Of a stretch of 45,036 bases of DNA, positions 1 through 8,646 are shown in pieces (the first letter of the stretch is position 1; each line of letters opens with the position of its first letter). The DNA comes from a virus. Its lineage: Duplodnaviria > Caudoviricetes. The notes under the pieces are model-generated. The model saw only the letters and a list, made by a program, of their open reading frames with translations, was not told the DNA's origin and ran no database searches. The position numbers were made by a program, and so were the translations under genes. The DNA lies in IMG/VR virus record IMGVR_UViG_3300032221_000187, positions 1-45,036 of that record; one strand, written 5' to 3'.

Positions 1-1058
1 AGCAGCATAGAGCCCTGAACATTACCCTGGAACTCGAGACAGGTAATCATACCTGAACGGTTCATCATCGGGTTTTCACGGTTCTCATGAACCGCACGCT
101 CACTGTCCGACTGATCCCAGTTATCGACCAACCCACCGTTGCCATAGGCTTCCAGAACGGCGCGCACTTCCTCGACATTATACCCAGGAAGGTCAAGCAG
201 GTCATTCAGTTCCGCGCGCGTAACGCGAGACCGTTCAATGATGTTAGCGTCCTCGATCTCCGAAACGCCGGGCGTCCAATAAATATCAAATGGCGAAATA
301 CGCTGCCAAAACAGTTTTGGTTTGTTGGTTGTATTCGCGCCACCGTTATCCCATTGCACCTCTGGCACAATACGGACAACCGGGCCCTTGATTACCGCGT
401 AAGGAAACAGTGGGAGGTCTGTAATAAACTCGGCCAGCGCTTTATAGAAGTTTCCTTCCATAAGGATTTCATCGAGCTTATCCTCCGCGATGTGAGCCTT
501 TTCAGTAGCGCGTTTCTTTGCAGCTTGACGCGCGGCTTCAGTAAGCTGCGCCATGCGGTCTCGAATAGCTTCTGGCGGGATGGGTTGGCCCATCATCTGC
601 GCATTTTGAAGCTCGGTGCCAATTAACGTCTGAATAGATTGATGTACTTCAGGTGGGATCTCTGGGTCGGGGTTAGCCGCCAGCGCCCAGGAACGATCCG
701 TTCCCAGATAAACATCTCGTAAAAGTGAAGACGCCCCACGCGCTTTAACGGCGGTGAGGCGGGCGTAAATGGCAGAGCCACCAAACTTACGAATTTCTGC
801 AAGTTGTTCTGGAGAATATTGGCCAGAGAAAGTCCTCAGACTATCCATGAGCCGGTGTGTCCACCCAGACTGCGCATTATTTCTATGATTGCGCATGATT
901 TCATACTGCGTACGTATGAAACCCGCCAACTCTGAATAGTCGGGAGCTTGCTGCTCGGCAGCAGCCATTGCCTCTGCGTCTGCTTGGTCAGCAGCATCGA
1001 GAGTTGAGTTGTTGACTACGCGTAAAAGCGAGCCGTTCCCGAGTATAGGTTGCGCCAT
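1..1058 (-). CDS. Portal protein, N-terminal part (runs off window edge; not in ORF track)
   Basis: Open frame from ATG at 1058 to the edge: MAQPILGNGSLLRVV...FSGQYSPEQLAEIRKFGGSAIYARLTAVKARGA...FPYAVIKGPVV...WQRISPFDIYWTPG...IIERSRVTRAEL. The GPV and (R)ISPFDIY motifs resemble podovirus portals. Divergent from the terminase genes. Confidence 0.7.
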   Translation of the reverse strand, partial: MAQPILGNGSLLRVVNNSTLDAADQADAEAMAAAEQQAPDYSELAGFIRTQYEIMRNHRNNAQSGWTHRLMDSLRTFSGQYSPEQLAEIRKFGGSAIYARLTAVKARGASSLLRDVYLGTDRSWALAANPDPEIPPEVHQSIQTLIGTELQNAQMMGQPIPPEAIRDRMAQLTEAARQAAKKRATEKAHIAEDKLDEILMEGNFYKALAEFITDLPLFPYAVIKGPVVRIVPEVQWDNGGANTTNKPKLFWQRISPFDIYWTPGVSEIEDANIIERSRVTRAELNDLLDLPGYNVEEVRAVLEAYGNGGLVDNWDQSDSERAVHENRENPMMNRSGMITCLEFQGNVQGSML

Positions 1059-1075
1059 ACTGGCAGTTTATATAT

Positions 1076-1093
1076 GTTACCTGCGCGGGTAAC
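1076..1093. promoter_or_regulatory. 18-bp palindromic operator-like site GTTACCTGCGCGGGTAAC
   Basis: Member of the recurring GTTASCT-N4-RGSTAAC family. Lies between the divergent portal and small terminase starts. Confidence 0.7.
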
Positions 1094-1117
1094 AAGCCCT
1101 AAATCAGCGGATTACAG

Positions 1118-1591
1118 ATGACAGAACCAGCTTTCTTCTCGTTCGAAGACGACAAGATCAGATCCTTCGCCATGCACATGGCTCAAGAAATTATGAATTT
1201 CGACGGCATCTGCAAGGTTTGCAACATAACCGAAGCAGAAGGAAATGTTTTAAAAACTAATCCTACTTATCTGAAATATTACGAAAAAGAGTTGATGCGT
1301 TTCAATTCTCCAGAAACCGCATCGGATAAACTTAGACGCCATATGGACGAGCTCGCGCTGTTCATCATGCCCGCCATTGTGACGATGGTTCACGACCCCG
1401 ACACCTCTGATACCGCAAAAGCAAACCTTGTTGGTACCGTGTTGAAACATAGCAGCGTGGGCGGAACGGGCGCTGGAAACAGAGGCGGCAGCGAAGGCAG
1501 CGGCGTGGTTATCAACATAAAAATCGCTGACCAGACCTTCAGTAAAGAAGCTGTCGTTATTGAAGCTGAGAAGCTAGAGGCCGTAGTTTAA
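1118..1591 (+). CDS. Probable terminase small subunit
   Basis: 157 aa, stop overlaps the TerL start (TAATG). Helical body, Gly-rich linker, C-terminal beta strand (VVINIKI). Positional inference. Confidence 0.55.
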   Translation: MTEPAFFSFEDDKIRSFAMHMAQEIMNFDGICKVCNITEAEGNVLKTNPTYLKYYEKELMRFNSPETASDKLRRHMDELALFIMPAIVTMVHDPDTSDTAKANLVGTVLKHSSVGGTGAGNRGGSEGSGVVINIKIADQTFSKEAVVIEAEKLEAVV

Positions 1592-3048
1592 TGGGTGAAA
1601 TTTCCTACGAAGCAGCCCCAACCGTCGCACGGTTCATGCAGTCTAACAGCTTCGGTCGAATTATTGCTGGGCCGGTCGGTTCAAGTAAATCCACTGGGTG
1701 CATTTTTGAACTTCTCCGCAGAGCGTGTGAGCAAGAACCGGCTGAAGATGGGCTTCGGTACACTCGTTTTGCCGTCGTTCGTACAACTCTAAAGCAGCTG
1801 CGGGACACTATTATTTCCGACATCTTGTCTTGGTTAGGAGAAATATCGGATTACCGTGTCAGTGAGAGTAAAATCTACTGGCGGTTTGGAGATGTGCGCA
1901 GCGAAATCATGTTCCTGCCGCTTGAAAATCCAGAAGATCAAAAACGGCTTTTGTCTCTACAGCTTACAGGTGCCATGCTCAACGAAGGTATTGAAACACC
2001 TGTTGACCTCATTGCTCCTCTTGCTGGCCGTCTTGGTCGTTATCCGTCAGGCGCTCTTGGGGTGCCAACGTGGTTCGGGTGGATAAGTGACACCAACATG
2101 CCGTGTGAGGGATCTGATTGGGCGAAGCTCCTGACTGACCCGCCTCCCGGCATTGACGTCTTTATTCAACCCGGCGGTATGGACGAGAATGCAGAAAATC
2201 TGGAGCATTTAGTCCAGACCCCAGAAACAAAAAAATTATCTATTCGTGACCCAGAAGGGCTCGCTATTCGCCGCGCGCAAGGGCGTAAGTACTACGAACG
2301 CTTTATCGGTATGAACAGCGAGGCTTGGTGCACTAGGTACGTGCACGCTTTGATGGGGCCTGACCCAAGCGGCACCGCAGTTTTTGGATCGACTTTTAAG
2401 GCAAGCTACCACGCTGTTGATGATTTAGAACCGACACCGGGGCGTATGCTGATTGTTGGTCAGGATTTCGGGCGCGACCCCTGCGCCGTAATCTGTCAGG
2501 TCAACGCCAAGGGACAACTTCTTGTCCTTGAAGAAATCATGGCCGAGGATATGGGCCTTGAGTTGATGATTAAAACAAGGCTGCGCCCAACGCTGATGCA
2601 AGAGCGCTACTTCGGGTGCCCCACCATAGTTATTGGAGACCCAGCTGGTGTTGCCAAATCAACAATGTTCGAGATTACATCGTTTGACATGCTGCGTAAC
2701 GAAGGCTTCGCCGCAATGAAGGCCGTCACCAATGACATTGGGCGACGCATCGAAGCGGTTGAGAAGTTTTTACTGGGCTCAATCCAGGGCGAGGCTCTGT
2801 TTCAGATAGATAAATCTCGCTGTCCGAATTTACTGCGCGCTCTGAATGGGGGCTACCGTTATGCGTTTAATAAGGCCGGACAACGAAAACCAACCCCAGA
2901 AAAGGACGACGCCTCCCACATCAGTGACGCGTTACAGTACGCGGCTCTCGCGTCCGACCATAATATGCGTGGGTACCTCGAGGGGCGTATCCTCAGACGG
3001 GCTCCCAAGCGTGAGAAAGTTCATTTCAGCAGTCTGGCCTGGACATAA
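1591..3048 (+). CDS. terL: Terminase large subunit
   Basis: Walker A-like GPVGSSKS, Walker B-like AMLNE, motif III DTN, RNase H-like nuclease GQDFG...GDPAG...SHISDALQY. Confidence 0.9.
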   Translation: MGEISYEAAPTVARFMQSNSFGRIIAGPVGSSKSTGCIFELLRRACEQEPAEDGLRYTRFAVVRTTLKQLRDTIISDILSWLGEISDYRVSESKIYWRFGDVRSEIMFLPLENPEDQKRLLSLQLTGAMLNEGIETPVDLIAPLAGRLGRYPSGALGVPTWFGWISDTNMPCEGSDWAKLLTDPPPGIDVFIQPGGMDENAENLEHLVQTPETKKLSIRDPEGLAIRRAQGRKYYERFIGMNSEAWCTRYVHALMGPDPSGTAVFGSTFKASYHAVDDLEPTPGRMLIVGQDFGRDPCAVICQVNAKGQLLVLEEIMAEDMGLELMIKTRLRPTLMQERYFGCPTIVIGDPAGVAKSTMFEITSFDMLRNEGFAAMKAVTNDIGRRIEAVEKFLLGSIQGEALFQIDKSRCPNLLRALNGGYRYAFNKAGQRKPTPEKDDASHISDALQYAALASDHNMRGYLEGRILRRAPKREKVHFSSLAWT

Positions 3049-3252
3049 TTAGCGCGGATTATCTTTAATATCCTCAACCTTATCGGCCAACCAATCAACT
3101 TCGCTGGGTGTGAGGGGGTTACCGTGATCCCCTTCAGCCATTGAAACAATAGACATCGGCAGCGTATTCATGTCGGCGTGATAATAGCGCAGCGCCGCGT
3201 AGAGCGTATCAAGCTCACGCTCGGTAAAATCATCGCTCATTACGCTCTCCAT
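3049..3252 (-). CDS. Hypothetical protein
   Basis: 67-aa ORF converging on the TerL stop and overlapping the upstream minus-strand gene. Confidence 0.55.
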   Translation of the reverse strand: MESVMSDDFTERELDTLYAALRYYHADMNTLPMSIVSMAEGDHGNPLTPSEVDWLADKVEDIKDNPR

Positions 3253-3667
3253 CTATCTTATATTTACCCGACAAAACCTGCTGGTAGGCGTGAATGACGG
3301 TCGAGTGATCTCGCTTGATGATTTTCGCAATCTGGGAAAACGACGCGTTTGTTTCAGTGCGCGCCCGCCAGATAAACTCTCTGCGCGTCGTGCAATGCGC
3401 AAACACCCGACTTGTCCCAACGACATCATCGGGGTGGTGGTTATGCTTCTTACAGACTTCGTAGAGAATTCTTTTCAGCGACGCTGGCGCAGAAATTTTA
3501 CCAAGTTGTTCGTGTGTCGGGTCAAGCACCTCTTCCTCTTTGGGAGGGGCCATGTACCGGCGCATTGTCCTTAAAGATTTCCGATCACCTCTGCGCCGCA
3601 CGCCCGAAATGTAGTCCCGATCTTTACTTGTTAATTCTTTTCCTGCGTACGGAAACAGCCACGTCAT
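3230..3667 (-). CDS. DnaA C-terminal (domain IV)-like HTH DNA-binding protein
   Basis: ILYEVCKKHN...DVVGTSR...RREFIWRAR...SFSQIAKIIKRDHSTVIHA matches the Bac_DnaA_C signature (S..IG..F.RDHTTV.HA). No AAA+ domain. Confidence 0.8.
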   Translation of the reverse strand: MTWLFPYAGKELTSKDRDYISGVRRRGDRKSLRTMRRYMAPPKEEEVLDPTHEQLGKISAPASLKRILYEVCKKHNHHPDDVVGTSRVFAHCTTRREFIWRARTETNASFSQIAKIIKRDHSTVIHAYQQVLSGKYKIDGERNER

Positions 3668-3670
3668 ATC

Positions 3671-3799
3671 TCAACCCTTGTACAACAGTGTTAGCCCAAC
3701 CAAAATCAGCCACACGGTTCCTAAAATCATAATCAGCGCGCCCGCGAGGAGCACAACGCACTCTGTAAAAAAGCGCACAATTTCTAACGCCCGCCTCAT
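3671..3799 (-). CDS. Small membrane protein (42 aa, below ORF-track cutoff)
   Basis: MRRALEIVRFFTECVVLLAGALIMILGTVWLILVGLTLLYKG. Fills the gap exactly with an ATGA overlap to the upstream gene. Confidence 0.5.
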   Translation of the reverse strand: MRRALEIVRFFTECVVLLAGALIMILGTVWLILVGLTLLYKG

Positions 3800-4092
3800 G
3801 CTTCTTTCGCCGTGGCGTGTTTCAACTTCAGCGCCCAGGCTTTGAGCAGCCAGCTAAAATCTGGATTTGTCCGCCAGACTTCGGCGGGACGGTTTCGCCG
3901 TGTCATCCGCGTTTTGTTCGCCGAAATAATCCACCCCAGCTGTTTCATCTCCGTCATCCGCCCCGAAATACAGTTCGGCACGGTGACAAAGTGCACGGCC
4001 AATTCGTCGGTGGTGACGCCATGTTTGCCGCGCTTATGCGCATAGGTAAAAATCTCGCGGCGAAAACCTTCGCGTCGCTGGGTATCATTCAT
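3796..4092 (-). CDS. Winged-helix DNA-binding protein
   Basis: GVTTDELAVHF...ISGRMTEMKQLGWI...RMTRRNRPAEVW is an HTH plus wing pattern. A palindromic operator lies 30 bp upstream. Confidence 0.65.
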   Translation of the reverse strand: MNDTQRREGFRREIFTYAHKRGKHGVTTDELAVHFVTVPNCISGRMTEMKQLGWIISANKTRMTRRNRPAEVWRTNPDFSWLLKAWALKLKHATAKEA

Positions 4093-4121
4093 ATTGTTAC
4101 TCGCAATACTGTTGTATCGGA

Positions 4122-4139
4122 GTTACCTACACAGGTAAC
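4122..4139. promoter_or_regulatory. Operator-like palindrome GTTACCTACACAGGTAAC
   Basis: Perfect 7-bp arms. Intergenic between the integrase end and the wHTH start. Confidence 0.75.
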
Positions 4140-4153
4140 TTGGCGACGTCAAG

Positions 4154-5236
4154 TCATAACGCGCGATAATACTCCGCCAAAAAGTTCAACGCATCGCGGT
4201 GCTCGGAGCGGTAACTGGCGGTGTTGTAAATTGAATTTAATTGAGAAAATGCGTGTGTATGCCCAAGGACAACTTCAATAATGTGTGGGGGCGTTTTGGC
4301 GCGACCAAGGATCGTCGCCGCCGTTCTGCGCAAATCATGCCGCGTCCAGTTCGTGACGCCAGAGCGCGCGTCGAGCTTGGCTTGATACTGCGTCCAGTAT
4401 TTATACCACGGTAACCCGGTCGCACGGTGCCGCCGGATGACCTCCACAGCGTCGTCAGAGAGCGGCACAACAAGCGTCTCCCCATTCTTGCGACGGTGTC
4501 CCGGTATCGTCCACAGGCGGGCAGGGAGATCAAACTCCGCATCTGTTGATCCGCACACCTCGTTTAACCGTGTCACGGTCAGTAGCAGCAGCCGGATTGC
4601 GTCATCGTAGGGCGTACTCTCAAGGTGGGCGAAAACTTTTCTGAGCTCGTCATCGCTGAGTGTCCGATCCCGCGCCGGATTATGCGCCCCACGCGGCTGC
4701 TCCAACTCCTGCGCATCCAGATTTACCAGCTGACGTTTGCTGGCCCACTTCAGGACGGGTCTAAAATAACGCACCGCCGCCCCAGCGTTGGTGTGCGACG
4801 GGTGCCGATCAACGATGTGCTGCAAGTCTGTAACCGTGACACGGTGTAACGGTGCGACCTTGAGAGGCGCAAATATATGCTCGATTGTTTTACGACACCG
4901 CGCCCACGACTTCGGCACCGCGCCAGCTTCTTCATACGTGTTTAGGAGACTCAGGAGCGTGGTCTCACGGTCTGGAGCATATGGGGTAGTACGGATGGCC
5001 CTGGCGCGCTCACGGGCTTCGCTAAGGCTGATTTGAGGGTACGGGCCTATATCCACCCGCTGACGCTTGCGGGCGGGCCCCAGCGCCGCTACCAATGACC
5101 AACGCGCCGATGTCGTGGCTGCACGGAACTCCAAACCCGGCGCAGCCCCGTCACGGATATACACGCGTCGCTGTCGGGCCTCCTTCACAGCCTGACGCAA
5201 CTGCGCGTCTGTCAGGGGCGGAATTATCTTGGGCAA
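4154..5236 (-). CDS. int: Tyrosine integrase with N-terminal arm-binding domain (P4-like)
   Basis: Arm domain RDGAAPGLEFR...IGPYPQISLSEARERA. Catalytic R (LTVTRLNE), K (RKNG), HDLR, LGH and Y (IYN). TTG start with GGGAGG Shine-Dalgarno. Confidence 0.92.
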   Translation of the reverse strand: MPKIIPPLTDAQLRQAVKEARQRRVYIRDGAAPGLEFRAATTSARWSLVAALGPARKRQRVDIGPYPQISLSEARERARAIRTTPYAPDRETTLLSLLNTYEEAGAVPKSWARCRKTIEHIFAPLKVAPLHRVTVTDLQHIVDRHPSHTNAGAAVRYFRPVLKWASKRQLVNLDAQELEQPRGAHNPARDRTLSDDELRKVFAHLESTPYDDAIRLLLLTVTRLNEVCGSTDAEFDLPARLWTIPGHRRKNGETLVVPLSDDAVEVIRRHRATGLPWYKYWTQYQAKLDARSGVTNWTRHDLRRTAATILGRAKTPPHIIEVVLGHTHAFSQLNSIYNTASYRSEHRDALNFLAEYYRAL

Positions 5237-5387
5237 CCGTGTACCTCCCGTGGACTATAACATCGTCGCTGGCTAGTAGAGCACACGGGCAAGTTTGTTA
5301 CAATACTGTTACACTTCATTGTTTTTTCTGGGATTTTTTTCCCAGTTCGACGCCCCCCAGGGGGCTTACCGCTTCCAGGGAGGAAGT

Positions 5388-5405
5388 GTTACTCCCGCAG
5401 GTAAC
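5388..5405. promoter_or_regulatory. Operator-like site GTTACTCCCGCAGGTAAC upstream of integrase
   Basis: One perfect and one partial half-site of the 18-bp family. Intergenic. Confidence 0.55.
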
Positions 5406-5432
5406 TTTTTGTTTTCGTTAATTTTATTATAA

Positions 5433-6065
5433 TTACGCCAGAGCCTGGGGTGTTCCTGGGGTGTTTAACGCAATCAAGCCGGGGTGCTTATTAACCTTAC
5501 CCCCGGGCCCAATGGTTCTTAGAATTTCTACGGTCACTTTTGTGAAACCCTTTTTCCTATACTTGGCCAGCCGCATTGCTAGGCTGTCTAACTCAACGCC
5601 AAGTAGATCCGCAGCTTCTCGATATGTGACCGTGTCACCGTTGTAAGTTATTTCGGTAGCTCTGACGGCTTTACTCGGGGGTTCTACTGACGCGGATATT
5701 TTTTCTGTGTTCAGCACGGTATATTTGACGCCAGCATTAGCAATCATTCGCTCGATATATTGCCGCTCTTTAGCCAAGCGTTCGCCCTTGGTAGCGTCAG
5801 GCATTTCTTCAACAACACTGAACTCCCAATCGGCCAGATCCGTTTGGGGGAGCGTTTCACGCAGTGTTTTAGATTTGGCGGGTGCTGACCCGGTAATGGC
5901 TGGACGCCATGAATGAAACCGGCCTTGGAGATTTGCAGTTTCTCCCAAATACAAAAATCCAGCTTTTGAATTTTTTAGGAGATAGATGCCACCACATAAT
6001 GGGGGGAGGGTAAATTTGTATGTGCTCATGGGAGTAATATATTGGAAGGGGGGTGTATTAGTCAA
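5433..6065 (-). CDS. GIY-YIG endonuclease (free-standing homing-endonuclease type) with C-terminal HTH
   Basis: GIY-x10-YLG, downstream R (QGRF), E (AKERQYI) and N (VLN). C-terminal ITYNGDTVTYREAADLLGV DNA-binding module. Start uncertain. Confidence 0.8.
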   Translation of the reverse strand: MTNTPPFQYITPMSTYKFTLPPLCGGIYLLKNSKAGFLYLGETANLQGRFHSWRPAITGSAPAKSKTLRETLPQTDLADWEFSVVEEMPDATKGERLAKERQYIERMIANAGVKYTVLNTEKISASVEPPSKAVRATEITYNGDTVTYREAADLLGVELDSLAMRLAKYRKKGFTKVTVEILRTIGPGGKVNKHPGLIALNTPGTPQALA

Positions 6066-6069
6066 TAAA

Positions 6070-6087
6070 ATTATCTACGCAGGTAAC
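6070..6087. promoter_or_regulatory. Operator-like site ATTATCTACGCAGGTAAC
   Basis: Near-consensus copy just upstream of the GIY-YIG gene, followed by further GTTAC half-sites. Confidence 0.5.
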
Positions 6088-6154
6088 CGTGTTACCGTTC
6101 TGTTACAGACTGAAAATTTACAAAATATATTAGAACCACGTGAAACGTATTTAG

Positions 6155-6275
6155 GGCTGGGCCCCCGGGTCGCCAGTAGGGGCGGGGGTGCACGTGCACA
6201 CGCGCGCACGCGCTACGCACACACGCGGTAAAAACTACACGCGCACGATTAAATACTCACACATGCACACGTTGG
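6155..6275. other. GC-rich/CACGCG low-complexity tract at the transcription divergence point; candidate genome end or packaging site
   Basis: GGGCCCCCGGG...GGGGCGGGGGTGCACGTGCACACGCGCGCACGCG...CACACACGCG. Genes run leftward on one side and rightward on the other. Function inferred only. Confidence 0.35.
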
Positions 6276-6354
6276 CAGCGAAGCTGCCCAAATCCTCGAA
6301 ACTTGGGCATCGGATCGACGGTCGGTCTGGTCACACCAAACAAGAGGTATCATC

Positions 6355-6525
6355 ATGTTACATTTTCAAAAAGCGTTCCTTGAGGACTTGTTCTTGGACG
6401 GTCTGAACATGGATAGCGCCTTAGCCGAAATCGGCGCAGAAAATGGTGAACAGTGGCACGATGCGGTGTTCACATGGTCAAGATGGCAGCGCGAATTAGA
6501 CAACTGGGGTTTCTATTCATACTGA
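6355..6525 (+). CDS. Small acidic early protein (56 aa)
   Basis: MLHFQKAFLEDLFLDGLNMDSALAEIGAENGEQWHDAVFTWSRWQRELDNWGFYSY with GAGGT Shine-Dalgarno. Confidence 0.55.
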   Translation: MLHFQKAFLEDLFLDGLNMDSALAEIGAENGEQWHDAVFTWSRWQRELDNWGFYSY

Positions 6526-6539
6526 GAATTTATAGGGCG

Positions 6540-6557
6540 GTTACCTGTCGGGTTAAC
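6540..6557. promoter_or_regulatory. Operator-like site GTTACCTGTCGGGTTAAC
   Basis: 18-bp family member. Intergenic, flanked by GGCG/CGCC. Confidence 0.6.
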
Positions 6558-6669
6558 CGCCTCAATAAATCCTCGAAACTTGGACGAAGACAATGGTTGA
6601 GCTTGCACAATTAATCACTGGTTCAATCACTGTCGGTTTCATATGGCTTTTACTGTCGGGAGAATAATC

Positions 6670-7035
6670 ATGTCCTACCATTTGGCGGTGCTCGCTCATC
6701 TTGAGCGGCGTATGAAATATGCTGCTATGCAGCCAAAGATTAATCATGTCCCAGGTCAGGGTCTATGGCCTCGAGAGGACATGCGGATAACTTGTAAAAA
6801 TTACAACCCTAAACCTCTGACGGTTAAACGTGACACGGTTAAACGGTCGCAAGTTATCGCCAAGGTTAAATCCTCGGCCATTGTATCGTCAGCAAAGTTC
6901 AAGCGACCTTTGCGGGTTGAGATTGTCAAACGGGAACACGTTTTCAACGACGCTGAGAAGGCGTCGGTTAACGCAACCTATGTCGCAATGATGGATAGTT
7001 TACAGTCAGCACAGAAAAAGAGGTTATGGCTATGA
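6670..7035 (+). CDS. Hypothetical basic early protein
   Basis: ORF 6643..7035. ATG at 6670 preferred (GGAG upstream). Confidence 0.5.
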   Translation: MSYHLAVLAHLERRMKYAAMQPKINHVPGQGLWPREDMRITCKNYNPKPLTVKRDTVKRSQVIAKVKSSAIVSSAKFKRPLRVEIVKREHVFNDAEKASVNATYVAMMDSLQSAQKKRLWL

Positions 7036-7244
7036 ACACATGGAATGCACATGTCTTTAGACCGTCCGACCGTGACGTGAAATTTATACAAAAACCTCAC
7101 GGCATATTTGGCAGGTATAACCAACCGCCCGTTGGATGGTCTGACCGTGACACGGTAGACCGTATGCTCAAAACCCGTGGCCTCACATTGGAGGACGCAT
7201 GGTCTATGACTTCACAAAAATCCTCGGCGTTTACCACGAGGTGA
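7032..7244 (+). CDS. Hypothetical protein
   Basis: ATGA overlap with the previous gene, GAGG upstream. Confidence 0.5.
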   Translation: MNTWNAHVFRPSDRDVKFIQKPHGIFGRYNQPPVGWSDRDTVDRMLKTRGLTLEDAWSMTSQKSSAFTTR

Positions 7245-7394
7245 TTGCCGATAACATCGGGTGGTGGCTGGCGCTCTATGTGTAGCGTCGTCATCACCCA
7301 ACCTTAAACCTACTATGTCGCGTTTGACGGTGGCACGTGTCACGGTCTGACGGTGGCTATCGGGAGGCGACGCAGCCCCGTATCGCTCACTGTT

Positions 7395-7860
7395 TGTAAG
7401 TGCTTGTTTTTGTTATATCTTAATACATTCTTTTTACAATATATATATATATCAATAACTTATAACTATAATGTATAATGTATATCGTATATTAACATAC
7501 ACACCCCACGCGCGACCCCCCTCACCCGTGTGACCTTGGGCGCGTGTCACGGTCACACCATTAAACCCTCCAAGGGTAGGGTGTGTGTATTTTTTTCCAA
7601 ATACATTATACATTATGCTATATTCTTTATTAAATTCAAACACTTAAAATGTATCTGTGACAGTTTTATGACAAAAAACATTATCCAATATTATCACCCA
7701 AAACACTGGCTTTCGGTGCGCTTTATAGACGGTTTACAATTATATATATGTCAACCGCATATTGCGTATCAATTTCGTAACATGTGAAAAATGACCTCAT
7801 TACTTATGCTCATTAGCGAGCATAACTTAACGCAACTATATCATAACACCTGAAAAGTGA
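7395..7860. other. Strongly AT-rich non-coding region; candidate replication origin/early promoter region
   Basis: TA runs (7439-7452) and A/T tracts interrupted by a GC island at 7500-7590. Flanked by clustered ACGGT motifs. Confidence 0.4.
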
Positions 7861-7884
7861 CCTTTAAACAAAATGGAGGGCGTC

Positions 7885-8034
7885 ATGCTGATACCGATAG
7901 TGGGTGGATTGTGGGCTGTGACCATGCTGATTGAGCTATGGCGCATTGATAATGGCGGCTACGTCATGCTCGGCGCGCTAGTTTTATTCGTCGCCTACCT
8001 GCTTTTCACCCCTGCCACTAGGGAGCGCAGCTAA
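7885..8034 (+). CDS. Small two-helix membrane protein (49 aa)
   Basis: MLIPIVGGLWAVTMLIELWRIDNGGYVMLGALVLFVAYLLFTPATRERS. GGAGG Shine-Dalgarno and TAATG coupling to the next gene. Confidence 0.55.
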   Translation: MLIPIVGGLWAVTMLIELWRIDNGGYVMLGALVLFVAYLLFTPATRERS

Positions 8035-8234
8035 TGGATGAGGACTTTGAACTACGTTCTATAAATCACCACCTTTACCGGCTGTATTATGTGTGGGTCG
8101 CTGACCAAGGGTTAGATGAGGACATCCACGTCGAGGACTTAATAAATCTGCCAACGCTGACCAGCGCGCAAAAGGCGTGGCTAGTGTCATGGCTGAAAGC
8201 AGATGAGGCGATCACCCGTCTAGGGTGTGTATAA
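8034..8234 (+). CDS. Hypothetical protein
   Basis: 66-aa ORF with GGAG upstream. Confidence 0.55.
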   Translation: MDEDFELRSINHHLYRLYYVWVADQGLDEDIHVEDLINLPTLTSAQKAWLVSWLKADEAITRLGCV

Positions 8235-8253
8235 ATCCTCACAACTTATGAGT

Positions 8254-8271
8254 GTTACCTGCCAAGCTAAC
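8254..8271. promoter_or_regulatory. Operator-like site GTTACCTGCCAAGCTAAC
   Basis: Consensus copy directly before an AAGGAG ribosome-binding site. Confidence 0.7.
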
Positions 8272-8283
8272 CAAGGAGTAGTC

Positions 8284-8391
8284 ATGTCGAGAGCACAAGC
8301 GCATACCATTATATTTGTATACGACGCCTTCTTTGCTTTCCTATTGGGGACAGCAATCATGTGGGTGGCATGTGAATGGGGGTGGCTATGA
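8284..8391 (+). CDS. Small hydrophobic peptide (35 aa)
   Basis: MSRAQAHTIIFVYDAFFAFLLGTAIMWVACEWGWL. AAGGAG Shine-Dalgarno and ATGA overlap with the next ORF. Confidence 0.45.
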   Translation: MSRAQAHTIIFVYDAFFAFLLGTAIMWVACEWGWL

Positions 8392-8627
8392 CAATGTTAC
8401 AGCTAATCTGCCAGCAATGCGTGGCGCGTATCGCTAACCTTAAGGTCAAGGGCAAAAAGACCCGTGACACATTATCCTTTGAGTTCATGGTCGGGGCGGC
8501 GACGGGGTTAGTGCAATCTAATCATCCCGAAGCGCAGCATGTCGTCAATGTAGTGGCGGCGATTATTTCGGTGCGTGGCTATCCTGAGATTGAGCGTATT
8601 GCGACCATGCAAGACGTAGCAGCGTAA
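8388..8627 (+). CDS. Hypothetical protein
   Basis: ORF 8376..8627, start at 8388 preferred from the ATGA overlap. Confidence 0.55.
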   Translation: MTMLQLICQQCVARIANLKVKGKKTRDTLSFEFMVGAATGLVQSNHPEAQHVVNVVAAIISVRGYPEIERIATMQDVAA

Positions 8628-8646
8628 CATACTAAGCCGCGTGTCG

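Larger units (their letters stand above)
6290..6583 (+). repeat. Exact 17-bp direct repeat AAATCCTCGAAACTTGG (6290-6306 and 6567-6583)
   Basis: Read directly. Each copy precedes an early gene. Variants at 8233 and 13700. Confidence 0.7.

Noticed and set aside
87-626. 179-aa plus-strand ORF
   Set aside because: Shadow of the longer minus-strand portal-like frame.
5341-5370. tRNA-like fragment (CCAGTTCGAC) as attP core
   Set aside because: No T-arm or acceptor-stem pairing can be built; too short to support.
7452-7787. ORFs 7452..7643 and 7530..7787
   Set aside because: Lie in the AT-rich low-complexity island, with atypical composition and no ribosome-binding site.
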